From NCBI RefSeq assembly GCF_035594765.1, contig NC_085841.1, positions 264,274,525-264,338,524 of the forward strand: a DNA stretch of 64,000 bases. Direction: 5' to 3'. Each line of letters opens with the position of its first letter. The stretch's first letter is position 1. Below the pieces are notes generated by a model. It was given only the letters and a program-made list of their open reading frames with translations. It had not been told where the DNA came from and made no database searches. Source of the DNA: Anolis carolinensis. Taxonomy: Eukaryota. Of the stretch, positions 38,647 to 49,965 are shown in pieces. Both the position numbers and the translations under genes were made by a program.

Positions 38647-40134
38647 TAATAAAGGAATGTATCCAAGAGTACATGGGGAATCAAATGAATCCAAGCTAGT
38701 TTGGTGGCATTACTCAGAAGGCCCAAACTACAGTTGAAAACACAATCGTGGCTCCATTTCAGAAAAAGCCATAGCTATACATTCCCTTTAAAATATAGGG
38801 ACTGTTTTGATTAACCTGGCCCATTTATTCACTGAAACACGATTTAAAATACCTTCTTTCTAATTTGTCAACAATTTATCATTATTCTGGTTTTCTCCTT
38901 TTTGTCCATTCCTCCGCAGTGGACCAGTGGGACTTTTCTCAACATATAAACCGCAGTGCTTATCGTTAGAGAAATATGACACTGTCACTACATCTTGCAT
39001 TCTGATGTGATAATGAATGAACGTGTTCTAACCCCCATACTTACCGGCAGTTGTGACAACAAAGCAGAATGAAGTAGAGACAAAAGTTGACAAGAAAACC
39101 AAGAGAGGTGTTCATATTAACAATTGGTAACATTATGAGCTGCATAATATTCTCTTGTCCCAATAGACTGAATAATAAATGTAGTGACAGCCCTTATATT
39201 TTTGCTTGTTTTTGAAAGAAAAGCCAATTAACAAGACATTGTATTTGTCTAGTTTGCTAGAGCTCTTTAAACAAAACTGATCTCTGAACTTTGCTTTATT
39301 TGCAAAATACCAAATAATGGAATAGCTGTATTACTTCTACTGAACTACAAATATATAGATGATTTTCATAGCAAATACTGTTGGGAACAATCATGTATCC
39401 ACTTACCTGAGAGTAAGCTTTACTAAACCCAGTTCCATTAGAATATGAGCTGTTTGAGATTACACTGTATCCTATAAAGTAGTAGTAGACTGCTGTCAAA
39501 AAGATACAAGAGCATTTATAGAGTCATAGAGTTCAACAATGCCCCAGTCTTTTATTTCAGTCAGTACTAGGAATGGGAAAGTAAATATTTCACTTCTCAG
39601 TTAAATTTGAATGTGTGAAAGTCAGCTTTCTGAATCTAAATTTGAAATGGAATACCTATATTTTTTGAACTATGAGACACAGGTTGCAAACAAAAAACCA
39701 TACAAGTAATGACTCAATTTGAAGATATGTTCATAAAAATGCATAAGTTTGAAGTGGTGGTGAAAATCCAGTTAGTTAGTCCAATGATTCAGTTGAACCA
39801 TTGAATCCAAAGTCAAATATTTAGTCAATGCATAGGTAAATTCCATTGATCCAATGGCTGTTCTTTACTTAAGCCTAGGTGTAGGAGTTGGCAAATACTG
39901 TATGTACAAAAAGTATGTGCATTAAAAACAGGTACAAAAGTGGAAAAATCATTTGTTGAAGAGGTGTATATTTGGAAAAAAGTACAAAAGTATGAACAAA
40001 AAGATGGATATATTTTGAGAAATGTGCATCATCTAAGACAAAAACATTAGTGCATTGGAAAAAATGGCTGATGTCAATAATCCTTCAAACAAAAGTGATG
40101 ATCTATGGCAGATATAAGTGGAATGATATAGGTA

Positions 40135-40457
40135 CAGTAGAGGCTCACTTATCCAACATAAACAGGCCGGCAGAATGTTGGATAAGCGAATATGTTGGAT
40201 AATAAGGAGGGATTAAGGAAAAGCCTATTAAACATCAAATTAGGTTATGATTTTACAAATTAAGCACCAAAGCATCATGTTATACAACAAATTTGACAGA
40301 AAAAGTAGTTCAATACGCAGTAATGCTATGTAGTAATTACTGCATTTACGAATTTAGCACCAAAATATCACGATGTATTGAAAACATTGACTACAAAATT
40401 GTGTTGGATAATCCAGAACGTTGGATAAGTGAGTGTTGGATAAGTGAGACTCTATTG
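40135..40457. mobile_element. Tc1/mariner (Tigger-like) MITE
   Basis: TIRs cagtagaggctcacttatccaac / gttggataagtgagactctattg with TA TSD. Confidence 0.88.
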
Positions 40458-40739
40458 TACTATCTGTCTCCTGATCCAGTGCCCTAAAACTCACTTTACA
40501 AGCCAGCAGCCATACCAAAAAAGAGACTTCTATAGCACTGGTAATTGAAGCAGAAAGGTTGCCACATCTGGTCCCCTACTTGTCTGTCAGCTGTAGTGTG
40601 ATGAGCAGTAACAAGGACTCCTGTGGGTTCTTATAGCAACTGCTTATCATATTGCAGCTCACTAGTGAAGATGGGCTGCACATATCATCCTTCATCATTT
40701 CCAATGTTGTGGTGATGACTGGTCATTTTGGGATAGTGA

Positions 40740-41372
40740 AGGCCCTTCCAGACAGTCCCAAAACACAGGACCTCTCATGGGTTTATCTGAGGTGTTCAAA
40801 TGACACCTCAGGTAAATTTTAATTAATCAAGAATAAACTGGGATTACCCAGTTTACTCTGGATTAATCTGACATCTTGAAAGATCTAGATCTTAATGTAA
40901 GATCTGGACCTTTCCAGGTGTGGGTCCTGTGGGAATTGACTCCCAGGACTATTTCTGCTACCCCAAGGGTCAATCCCCACTATGATTAAGGTTTGGGCTC
41001 AAAGAGCGTGCATCTCGGCCACCCATTTACCCCAAAAACTTGCGGAGCCCGGCCGCATCCTCAGGCCCTTCTGGCAAAAGCTCCTGGGGCATGAAAATGA
41101 TGCGTTGGAAGGTTGTTGGGGGGGGGGGGGTTGCTCCTCCCCCCAATATCCTGATGCATCATTTTCACATACCAGGAGTTTTTGCTGGAGGAGCCTGAGC
41201 ATGTAGCCAGGCCTCTCACTTAGGTTTTTGGGGTAAATGAGGGGCTGACAGCTGGCTCCATTCCCTCCTGGCTCAACCTCTGGTTTGGGGTTGGTGTAGG
41301 GCCTTAATCTTGGGAGAACTGGGATAACATATTCCAGTTCCTCCCGAGATTTAGATCTGTGTAGAAAGGCCC
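40740..41372. mobile_element. PIF/Harbinger-type MITE (~630 bp)
   Basis: TIRs aggcccttccagacag / ctgtgtagaaaggccc, 3-bp TSD tga and internal palindromes. Confidence 0.7.
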
Positions 41373-41569
41373 TGAGATGGCAATTCAGCCTTCCAGCACT
41401 GCTGATAGTTTTGAAATTTGTGTAAAATATTATTTGCATAAAATACTAGTCTTTGCATAAAACAAGTGTCTTTTCACTATGTGCAACTAAACATATGCAC
41501 ACATAAGAACCAGGGATGGAAAAAAATTGGAAGATATTCCAAGAAATGATGTTCCTGATGGGAGGAATA

Positions 41570-42172
41570 CTTTAAAAATTATTATTTAATTTGTAACACA
41601 AATAATTAATTCACAATCATGGTAATATACATAAAAGGGGGGAGAGAAAATATATTACTAAAACTAAAACACAATATTAAAACACTAAGTACAAACTAAA
41701 ACACAGTAAGGGTTCTCACCCCAAAGGCGGGAAACACAAAAATGATATTCCACCATTCCAGAGCCACCTAATTAATCCTACTAATTACTAATAACAGTAA
41801 TTATAATAAATAATAATAACAGATTATTACATTGTTATATTTCATAATATAACAACAATAACATTAATTGTTCAGAAAGTCCATAGACAATTTCCAATAG
41901 CGTAGAAAATTGTCTGGAAGGGCTGAACGTGGCTGCCTGACCTCAAAATTGTGCACAAAGTCTCTGCTTAATCAATCCTTATTAAATCGTGTTTCTTGGC
42001 TTGTAAATCACTTGGAGATTCTCAGTTGGAAGATCCTCCACAAGTACAAATTGCAGGATTAAAGTAACATAACTGGAGAAGTTATTTAAATCTGGGAAAG
42101 ATGGTGAAAAATTTAAGCACTTAAGTCTCTTGAGAGAGAAAAATGAAATTGATTTTCCACATTCCAGCAATT
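41570..42172 (-). mobile_element. L1/Tx1-type LINE 3' end (ORF2 C-terminus and 3' UTR)
   Basis: Minus-strand peptides LLECGK... and ...FLRYWKLSMDFLNN* are followed by a T-rich UTR and an A-rich tail. Confidence 0.5.
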
Positions 42173-42732
42173 AATGAAAAAAGAAAGTAATGAAACATGC
42201 CAGTGGGGAAGGTCTTGTGACATGAAAACAGCGGTTTGCTCAGTCTTCCATTCAGTGCATTAGCCTTTCCTTCATAAACATTTTAAAAGCTCTAGTAAGC
42301 TTTGGATTAGCCAAAATAGTTGTTGAAAGTGCCATTTAACTGCAGCCCTTCAGAACCTTGGCAAGAGCAATACTGTTCTCTGACAACACCAAAGGAAAGA
42401 GCATGCTGTGGCTTCAATCCCCAACTGTCGCCTTGAGGAATATTGCATTCAGCAGCAAAGGAGCATCTCATATGTTTTAACAAAGCCATGCAAAAGACTT
42501 TCCAGGGGCAGAACAGTCTGGGGAGGGAAGGAGCGGGGCAGAAGAACAAATTGTTTCTCTTTCAAGGTAAGGAGACCAGAGGAGAAAACAGGAAGGAAAA
42601 TATGTGTCTTGAACCCCCAAATGTATTGAAAGGCTTGCTTAGCATTTAAACAAATGTCAGCTGAAACCCTCCTGCTGGTTGCCACCAGCAGTACTGGCCA
42701 TTCAGCAATTGGATTCCAATACAGTGAGTAGA

Positions 42733-43010
42733 ATTTTTTGTGTGTGTCAGGAGCGACTTGAGAAACTGCAAGTCGCTTCTGGAGTGAGAGAATTGGCCAT
42801 CTGCAAAGACGTCTCCCAGGGGACGCCCAGATGTTTTGATGTTTTACCATCCTTGTGAGAGGCTTCTCTCATGTCTCCGTATGGAGCTGGAGCTGATAGA
42901 GGGAGCTCATCCGTGCTCTCCCCGGTGGGATTCAAACCTGGCAGCTTGCAGATCAGCAGCCCAACCTTCAAGTCACAAGGCTTTAACCCACTACTCCACC
43001 CGGGGGCTCC
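42733..43010 (-). mobile_element. Anolis SINE2-type tRNA SINE, full length
   Basis: 5' ggagccccc...gggttaaagcc with A/B boxes and 3' ...tcctgacacacacaaaaaa. TSD agtgagtag (42723-42731, 43014-43022). Confidence 0.85.
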
Positions 43011-43678
43011 TGTAGTGAGTAGGATGCACTCAGTGGAAAGCCACTTCATTGTTGGTGGAGGTTGTCACTTTGTTTGATTCAGAGTTATGTACAAGCAGCA
43101 GGGAAAACCTTTTCGTAATGACTTCTGTTATCTCAGATGAGCACAGAGAGGTGACATGGGGTCACCTCTCTGTGTTCCCTTCTTCCCTGTTCCGGAAAAT
43201 ATCAGTTCTGCACATATAAGATAATTATGTGGCTGAAACTGGGGTGATTGTTTCCATTTCTTCAGAAATGGTAAACAGCATCTGCGTAGCATCCATTTTA
43301 GGTTCTCTCTTGGGAACCAACCCATTATCTCTCACTATATGTCAGCCATCGACTGCTCTGTCTTACACTTTGCATGGTAATTTTTACAAGATTTCTCATG
43401 CACAAAGAACATTTCTGATTGCAGACTTAATCCTTCCTGTAAATAAACAGTGTTTATTTAGTTTTCCGTCTGTATTTCTTGGTTTTTTCGTGGCTTCTAG
43501 AAGTAAGTTATTCTGACAGCTTCCTGTCAATTCAGTTGGGAATCTGTTGTTGGCTTCAGTCTTAACTTTAAAGGATTTGCTTATGGTATTGGAACTTACC
43601 TCCAAAATAGGATCAGCACTTTAAATAGATCCTTAGTTCAGGCTAAAACCCAGAATTAAATCACTGCACTGTCAACAT

Positions 43679-44255
43679 TTATTTATTTATTTATTTCGTG
43701 TCAAAAGCATTGCATAACAATTACATTTTAAAATGATGGGGGGAAAAAGGAAATCACAAGCAACTAAATAGTTTTAGACCAAAAACGGGCAACAGCAACC
43801 GCATTGTCCGTAGCTTTAAACAGCTCCTCCTCCGTGCATGAGGCAGGACATTGTGGGCAAGCATACGGAGTTGTTTGTTCTGCTCCACAGTCACACAAGG
43901 TGGAGGATTCTTCCAGGTAGCGCCACCTTCCAAGTTGTCTTTAGATCTGCCCACTCCACTTCTGAGTCTGTTCAGGGACTTCCAAGTTGCCCATTCTTGG
44001 TTTGCCCCTGGAGGAAGACCCTCATGGGGGGCCATCCAGTTAGAATTGCCAGGTTTAGCTGCCCAGAGGGACACCCTTGCTGTTGCTGGAGGAACATCAA
44101 GAGGAGTGGTGGTTCTCATGAAGCCCTTCCTTGATTTGAGTCTGGTGGGAGGAGGCTGATAGTCATGCAGTGGGTGGCTTTCACAGTATTCAACCTTATT
44201 TCTCTCACCGTTAGCAGCAACTTCCCGTCGCACGTCAGGAGGGGCAATGCCAGCT
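43679..44255 (-). mobile_element. RTE-clade LINE, 5'-truncated and young
   Basis: Peptide AGIAPPDVRREVAA...HPLH...RLKSRKGF...WKSLNRLRSGVGRS, a (TAAA)n tail and a perfect 11-bp TSD actgtcaacat (43668-43678, 44256-44266). Confidence 0.9.
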
Positions 44256-44784
44256 ACTGTCAACATGGAAGCTGGTGATTGGAATAGGATAATAGATGAG
44301 GAAAACAATATTTGGCTTGTCCATTCAATGTGTCAATAGTTTCTCTGGCACAAACTTACATAGTTTTTTAAAGGCAAAGAATAGTGAGAGTGGTGTTCTA
44401 TATGTGGAAAGAGGCAAAAGATGGCAAAAGATTGTTTGCTTCCCTAGAGAACAGAGACAAGTAGAATAAGATTAAGTTACAGGAAACTTATTTATTACCA
44501 TATTGAACAGCAGAGAACCTGTTGACATCATGAGTAGCTTCAAAGTGGATCCAATGATCTAGAGCAGCAGTTCTCAAAGCTTCGTGAAGAATACTGAGGG
44601 GCTCCCACAGTTGTTTCCTCCACCTCCTCCTCCTCCTCCTCCTCCTCCTCCTCCTCCTCCAAACTTTCCCTCCTCTTCCTGCTCTTCCTGCCAACCTTCC
44701 TTGCTACCAAAAGCCTTTTCAACCTGCCTCTCTTGGTGCCAAAACCCCTTTTTCCTCACTTTCCTCAGTGCCCAGATTCTCACT

Positions 44785-45285
44785 GCCCAGATCCACAATT
44801 CAAAGTGCTGGCTTTAGCCTATAAAGCCATAAATGGTTCTGGCCCAGTTTACCTGTCCAAACGTATCTCCCCCTATGAACCACCTCGGAGATTAAGATCA
44901 TCTGGAGAGGCCCTGCTCTCAGTCTCGCCTGCTTCGTAAGCGCAACTGGTGGGGACAAGAGACAGGGCCTTCTCAGTGGTGGCCCCTCGGTTATAGAACT
45001 CTCTCTGGGTCAGGCTTTCAGAGAATAGCGCAGTGCAATAATAGATTTGGAATAATGTGCAATGACTACGGAACAACCTTAGATTACGATTTCTGGATGG
45101 CATGATTTTAGTATTGAATGTAATGCTTTTAAATGTTTAATATATATTAATTTTAATTCAATTTATTTTAAGCTTAATGTTTTGTATTTGTTTAAGGCAT
45201 TGAATAATTGCCATATGTAAGCCGCCTTGAGTCCCCTTCGGGGTAGAGAAAGGCGGGGTATAAATAGGGTAAATAAATAAATAAA
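44785..45285 (+). mobile_element. L2 LINE 3' fragment
   Basis: QFKVLALAYKAINGSGPVYL...YEPPRRLRSS, then RAFSVVAPRL. 3' end tgtaagccgccttgagtcccc...ggggtataaat(aaat)n. Confidence 0.85.
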
Positions 45286-45339
45286 TTTCCCCATTGCCTT
45301 CCTTGCTTCCAAACCCCTATTTCCCTCACACCGTTCAAG

Positions 45340-45404
45340 GGGTGTTTGATTGTGCTTTAACTTCCTGGCAGAAGAGAGTTGAACTGGATGGCCCCTGGGG
45401 TTTC

Positions 45405-45438
<34 letters not shown>

Positions 45439-45967
45439 GGCACAAAGACTGGGTAGCCATCTGTTGGGGGTGGTTTGATTGTGCTTTTCCTGCATGGCAG
45501 AAGGGAGTGGACTGGATACCCCTGGGGTTGCTTCTATTATTATTTTATTGTATGACACAGCAAACAAGATAGATATGCTGGATTTCGTATCACAAAATCA
45601 CAAGTCGAACACTTCCCAAGTGTCTAAGACTGTGTGATGTATTTTCGGATGATGCGCGCAGGGGGTTGGACTGGATGCCCCCTGGGGTTGCTTCTATTAT
45701 TGTTACTACTACTACTACTACTACTAAGGCTGGGTGGCCATCTGTTAGGGGTGCTTTGATTTTGCTTTTCCTGCATGGCAGAAGGGAGTTGGACTGGATG
45801 CCCCCTGGGGTTGCTTCTATTATTGTTACTACTACTACTACTGCTACTACTACTACTACTACAAAGGCTGGGTGGCCATCTGTTGGGGGTGCTTTGATTG
45901 TGCCTTTCCTGCATGACAGAAGGGTGTTGGACTGGATGCCCCCTGGGGTTGCTTCTATTGTTGTTAC

Positions 45968-46008
<41 letters not shown>

Positions 46009-46098
46009 AGGCTGGGTGGCCATCTGTTGGGGGTGCTTTGATTGCACTTTTCCTGCATGGCAGAAGGGGGTTGGACTGGATGGCCCCTGTGGTCCTCC
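45340..46098 (+). repeat. Tandem array (~5 full units plus one partial, ~120-140 bp) of CR1 3'-end sequence separated by trinucleotide microsatellites
   Basis: Unit ggctgggtggccatctgttgggggtgctttgattg...gcatggcagaagggggttggactggatgccccctggggtt, with spacers (GTT)n, (ACT)n and (AGT)n. Confidence 0.85.
45540..45660 (-). mobile_element. Dong/R4-clade LINE 3' end
   Basis: The minus strand ends ARIIRKYITQS* plus a 3' UTR and a TAA-rich tail, inserted at a TAA-type microsatellite. Confidence 0.7.
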
Positions 46099-46274
46099 AC
46101 TGAAATATTGCTAAGTTTATGTTGGTTAAAACGTTTGCCCATGCCTGATATATACATATAATATATTATATATACGGTAATATAATATATAAACATTTAT
46201 TTGGGCTCCACAAGAAACCTTTGCTTCAAAAAGGGGCCTGCAGCTGAAAAAGTTTGAGAATCCCTGATCTAGAG

Positions 46275-46407
46275 CAGTGGTTCTCAACCTATGGTTCTCC
46301 ATGTGTTTTGGACTTCAGCTCCCAAAATTCCTAACAGCTGGTAAGCCGGCTGGGACTTCTGGAGTTGAAACCAAAACATCTTGAGGATCCAAGATTGAGA
46401 ATCACTG
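46275..46407. mobile_element. hAT MITE adjacent to the composite hAT
   Basis: TIRs cagtggttctcaacct / attgagaatcactg. TSD atctagag/ttctagag. Confidence 0.85.
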
Positions 46408-46607
46408 TTCTAGAGGGACAGTGGGCTTTTCTTTACTAGAGCTCATTAAGCGGAAGCTGAAGAGCCATCCTTTGAAGAAGTTCTCTCTTTGGATTTCCTT
46501 TGCTAAGAGATGAAGATAGGCCTCGTGCTAGAAAGTCAGCTTTGTAATTTATACAGATAGATAGGTTGCATCATTTATGAGATCTTATTGTTTATAAGAT
46601 CTTATTT

Positions 46608-46935
46608 GGGCCGCGGTGGCACAGCAAGTTAAACCACTGAGCTGCAGAACTTGCTGACTGAACAATCAATGGTTCAAATCCGCAGAGAGGGGTGAGCTCC
46701 CATTGTTAGCCCCAGCTTCTGCCAACCTAGCAGTTTGAAAACATGTAAATGCGAGTAGATCAATAGGTACCACTTAGGTGGGAAGGTAATGGTGCTCCAT
46801 GCTGTCATGCCAGCCATATGACTTAGGAGGTGTCAACGAACAACGTCAGCTCTTTGGCTTTGAAATGGGCATGAGCACTACCCCCCAGAGTTGGACTCGG
46901 CTAGACTTAATGTCAAGGGGAAACATTTGCTTTTT
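46608..46935 (+). mobile_element. Sauria SINE
   Basis: gggccgcggtggcacagc...ggttcaaatcc...cttctgccaacctagcagtt...tgtcaaggggaaac. Confidence 0.85.
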
Positions 46936-46989
46936 ATTCCTACACTCTTCATACAAAGCACAAATTAAGAATTACCTTAATTAAACTTA

Positions 46990-47585
46990 TCATAGAATCA
47001 TATAATAATAGAGTTGGAAGAGCATGCATGGGTCATCTAGTCCAACCCCCTGCCATGCAGGAAAATCACAATCAAGTATACTTGATAGATGGCTATTCGG
47101 CCTCTGTTTAAAAGCCTCTAAGGAAAGAGTTTCCACCACTACGAAGCAGAGAATTCCACTGCTGAACAGCTCTCACAGTCAGGAAGTTCTTCCTAATGTT
47201 CAGGTGGAATTTTCTTTTCTTGTAATTTGAACCCATTGCTTTTAGTCCTAGATTTCAGGGCAGCAGAAAACAAGCCTGCTCTGTCCTCTTTATGACATCC
47301 TTTCACATATTTATACATAGCGATCCTATCTCCCCTCAACCTTCTCTTCTACAGGCTAAGCATACCCAGCTCTTTAAGCTGCTCCTCAAAGGGCATCATC
47401 TCCAGACCTTGAATCATTTTAGTCACCCTCATCTAGACAGCTTCCAGCTTGTCAATAACCCTCTTGAATTGGGGTACTCAGAATTGGATACAGCATTCCA
47501 GGTGAGGTCTAACCAAAACAGAATAGAGAGGCACCATGACTTCCCGTGATTTAGTCTCTATACTCTTTTTGATGCAGTGCAAAAG
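46990..47585 (-). mobile_element. CR1 3' fragment
   Basis: (catagaat)n tail. The minus strand encodes the CR1 RT C-terminal region (LGMLSL.KRRLRGD). Confidence 0.88.
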
Positions 47586-47864
47586 CTGGCTAGTGACAAT
47601 AAAATCTTAATCTTCCAGATACTAAAGGAAGTTATATAAGAGTTCCCTCTAATTCAATTCTTAAGTCAGGGTCCAAGAAAATAACTCTGGCTTTTTGATT
47701 TTTTGGGATACTGTTGTCTTTTCATCATATCCAATGCACCCTTCCTGCCCATATCTAATTTCACTGTCCTCCAGGGCAGAGCCTCAGAAAGAAGACCAAT
47801 ATGTGTCCATAGCAATGAACTGAAAACAAAAACCAAGATTTTATTGGATCCTGGTGGAGCATAA

Positions 47865-48254
47865 CACTATGTAACATGATTTTTGTTCCTGAATTATAAC
47901 GGTCATTTCTTAATTGGTTTTATCATTAAAAACATGGAAAAGGTTTATTAAACTGCAAAAACTTTGTCTTTGTGGGACATACTCCAGCATATTTTGCTAT
48001 AGTTTTTCAATGAATATTGCATTAAGTCTCAACCAATTCAACATAGTTTGTGTCAGCCCCAAAAATGAAATTTCTGGAGTATACAACTACTTTCAAAGTA
48101 AGTCCTGCATCCTGCACAATTAACAGGAATAACACTTCCAAACCAGTAACATGTGGGTGAAACGTCAGGAGAGAATGCTTTTGGAACATGGCCACACAGC
48201 CCGAAAGACATACAACAACCCAGTAACATATTTTTCCATTTTTGTTACATAGTG
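47865..48254. mobile_element. Chapaev3-like non-autonomous transposon
   Basis: TIRs cactatgtaac / gttacatagtg and 3-bp TSD taa. Confidence 0.7.
48153..48219 (+). mobile_element. Tiny Penelope pLTR fragment
   Basis: gtgggtgaaacgtcaggagagaat...cccgaaagacatacaacaac, flanked by a 10-bp TSD ccagtaacat. Confidence 0.8.
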
Positions 48255-49218
48255 TAATGTTTTACAAGGCTATATCATTGTGTCATCCCATTGTCCTTGT
48301 GTCTCTCAAGGGAAAACTATGTGCCAGGAGGTACTAGATACCTCCTTGTAAAACTTATGCAAGAATTGTTACATAAGTGTAGTCTCCGTTGATTTAAACG
48401 TGTAAGTCACAAAGAGGGTTCCAATGAAAGGCATATGCTTTGCACCAGAAGTTTGTCTGTAGTCTTAAGCTTAAGATGGAATCACAGCCTTAGATTTTGA
48501 ACAATTTATGGGAGAAGCAAAACCTATTGCTAGAAGTTTACAGTTGTAACTTTGCATCATTTTGTCTTCATGTCACTTTGAAGGAGCAGCAAAAAAAAAA
48601 GTTTATTCTCAAGCCACAATGCTCATTTGCTGTATTAGTATCCTCTGCACAGCAACAATAATATGGACTGGCAAGCAGAAATGATGGCATGTGATTGAAA
48701 GCTGAATTCTCCTTGGAAGGTCCCACTGAGGATTTTCTACTTATTCCTCATTAGTCCTGAGCAGGTCTGCTCATGAATCCTGTCACTTTAGCAGCAAAAG
48801 ATCTCTTTCTTGCTTTGTTGTCAGTGAGAAAATGAATTGCACGAGCATTGGAATTCATGAAGGCAGACTATTGCAATTAATTTTCTTAAAGTCTGTCTTG
48901 GAGACTTTTAACAGTTATGAATTGGGAAGCACGATCTTAGTGCACTCTTAATTACCTGTGTGTGGGGGGTAGATATGAAAAATCATTCTTAAGAAATCCC
49001 CCAACTATAATTTATTTTGCATTTTAGAATAACAATGACATGAAGAAAGCAGCAGTATGAAGTGTTACTGGTATCAAGATTTCTTTATTAGATTTATGTG
49101 ACATGGAAGAAAACATTTAAAATGTAGTAGGTACAAATGAAATACAGAGATCCAGGTCTCCTCTATTCTGATAATCAATTAGTTGGCTTTAAGATCATGT
49201 ATGGATATCAATAATATA

Positions 49219-49442
49219 CAGTGGGTCCTTGGTATCTGCTGGGGTTTGATTCCAGCATCCACCCCACTTCCCTTCGGATACTGAAATTTAAATGCTCAAG
49301 TCCCATTATATGCAATGGCATAGTAAAATGGTGCCTCTTCTATAAAATGGCAAAATCAAGACTTTTTAAAAATATATTTTGAATATTTTGGACTTTAGAT
49401 GGTTGAATCCATGGGTGTGTAATCCATACAGAAGATTGAGTG
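49219..49442. mobile_element. Tigger-like MITE
   Basis: ta|cagtgggtccttggtatc...atacagaagattgagtg|ta. Confidence 0.6.
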
Positions 49443-49764
49443 TAAGGCATTCTGAGAACTGCTTCTCTCTCATTTTTGATTGTATGCACAGGGCCCCCAA
49501 ATTGGTACAGCAGCGCACCCCAATGGCAGGCCCAAATATTTTGAGTTGTTATTCCTATTGGCATCTTATGCTTATGTAAGTTGTCCTATCAAAGCAGTTG
49601 GATATTTCTTGTCCAGCAGAAGTAGCATTGTACATGTGATGTTGTGGCTCGTGGCTGATGCTTCTCACAGCACTGCTGCTATACATCATCTCTCTCCGTT
49701 AGGGTTGCTGTGACTTGCTAAGAGAGGAAGGGGATAGCACCTTGGCCAAAGCCTCCTCAACCTC

Positions 49765-49965
49765 TGAGCATGCATTAGAATTAATGCAATTTGACACCAC
49801 TTTAACTGCCATCACTAAACACTATGGAATCATGGGAGTTGTAATCTTTAGCCCACCCAGCCAAAGACACAAATTGTTTGTGTCTCACCAAACAATTCCC
49901 ATGATTCTGTAGCAATGAGCCATTGCAGTAAAGTCATGTAAATCTGCATAATTCTGCATTGCAGT
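49765..49965. mobile_element. Palindromic MITE (Harbinger/Chompy-like); relative at 59400-59570
   Basis: Inverted arms agaattaatgcaatttgacaccactttaactgccat...gcagtaaagt...tgcataattct. Confidence 0.55.

Larger units (their letters stand above)
44565..46266. mobile_element. Composite non-autonomous hAT element (~1.7 kb)
   Basis: TIRs cagcagttctcaaa / tttgagaatccctg and 8-bp TSD atctagag (44557-44564, 46267-46274). Contains (CCT)n, an L2 fragment, a CR1-derived tandem array and a Dong fragment. Confidence 0.75.

Noticed and set aside
44488-44817. Poly-E/R/G/P ORFs
   Set aside because: Reading frames through a (CCT)n microsatellite.
45340-46098. CRISPR-like repeat-spacer appearance
   Set aside because: Eukaryotic DNA with >100-bp units derived from CR1, microsatellite spacers and no cas genes.
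45163-46196. Long ORFs with poly-N/T/S/C tracts and repeated NPRGHPVQ / GWPSVGG motifs
   Set aside because: They are translations of the CR1-derived tandem array and its microsatellites, with no splice or homology support.
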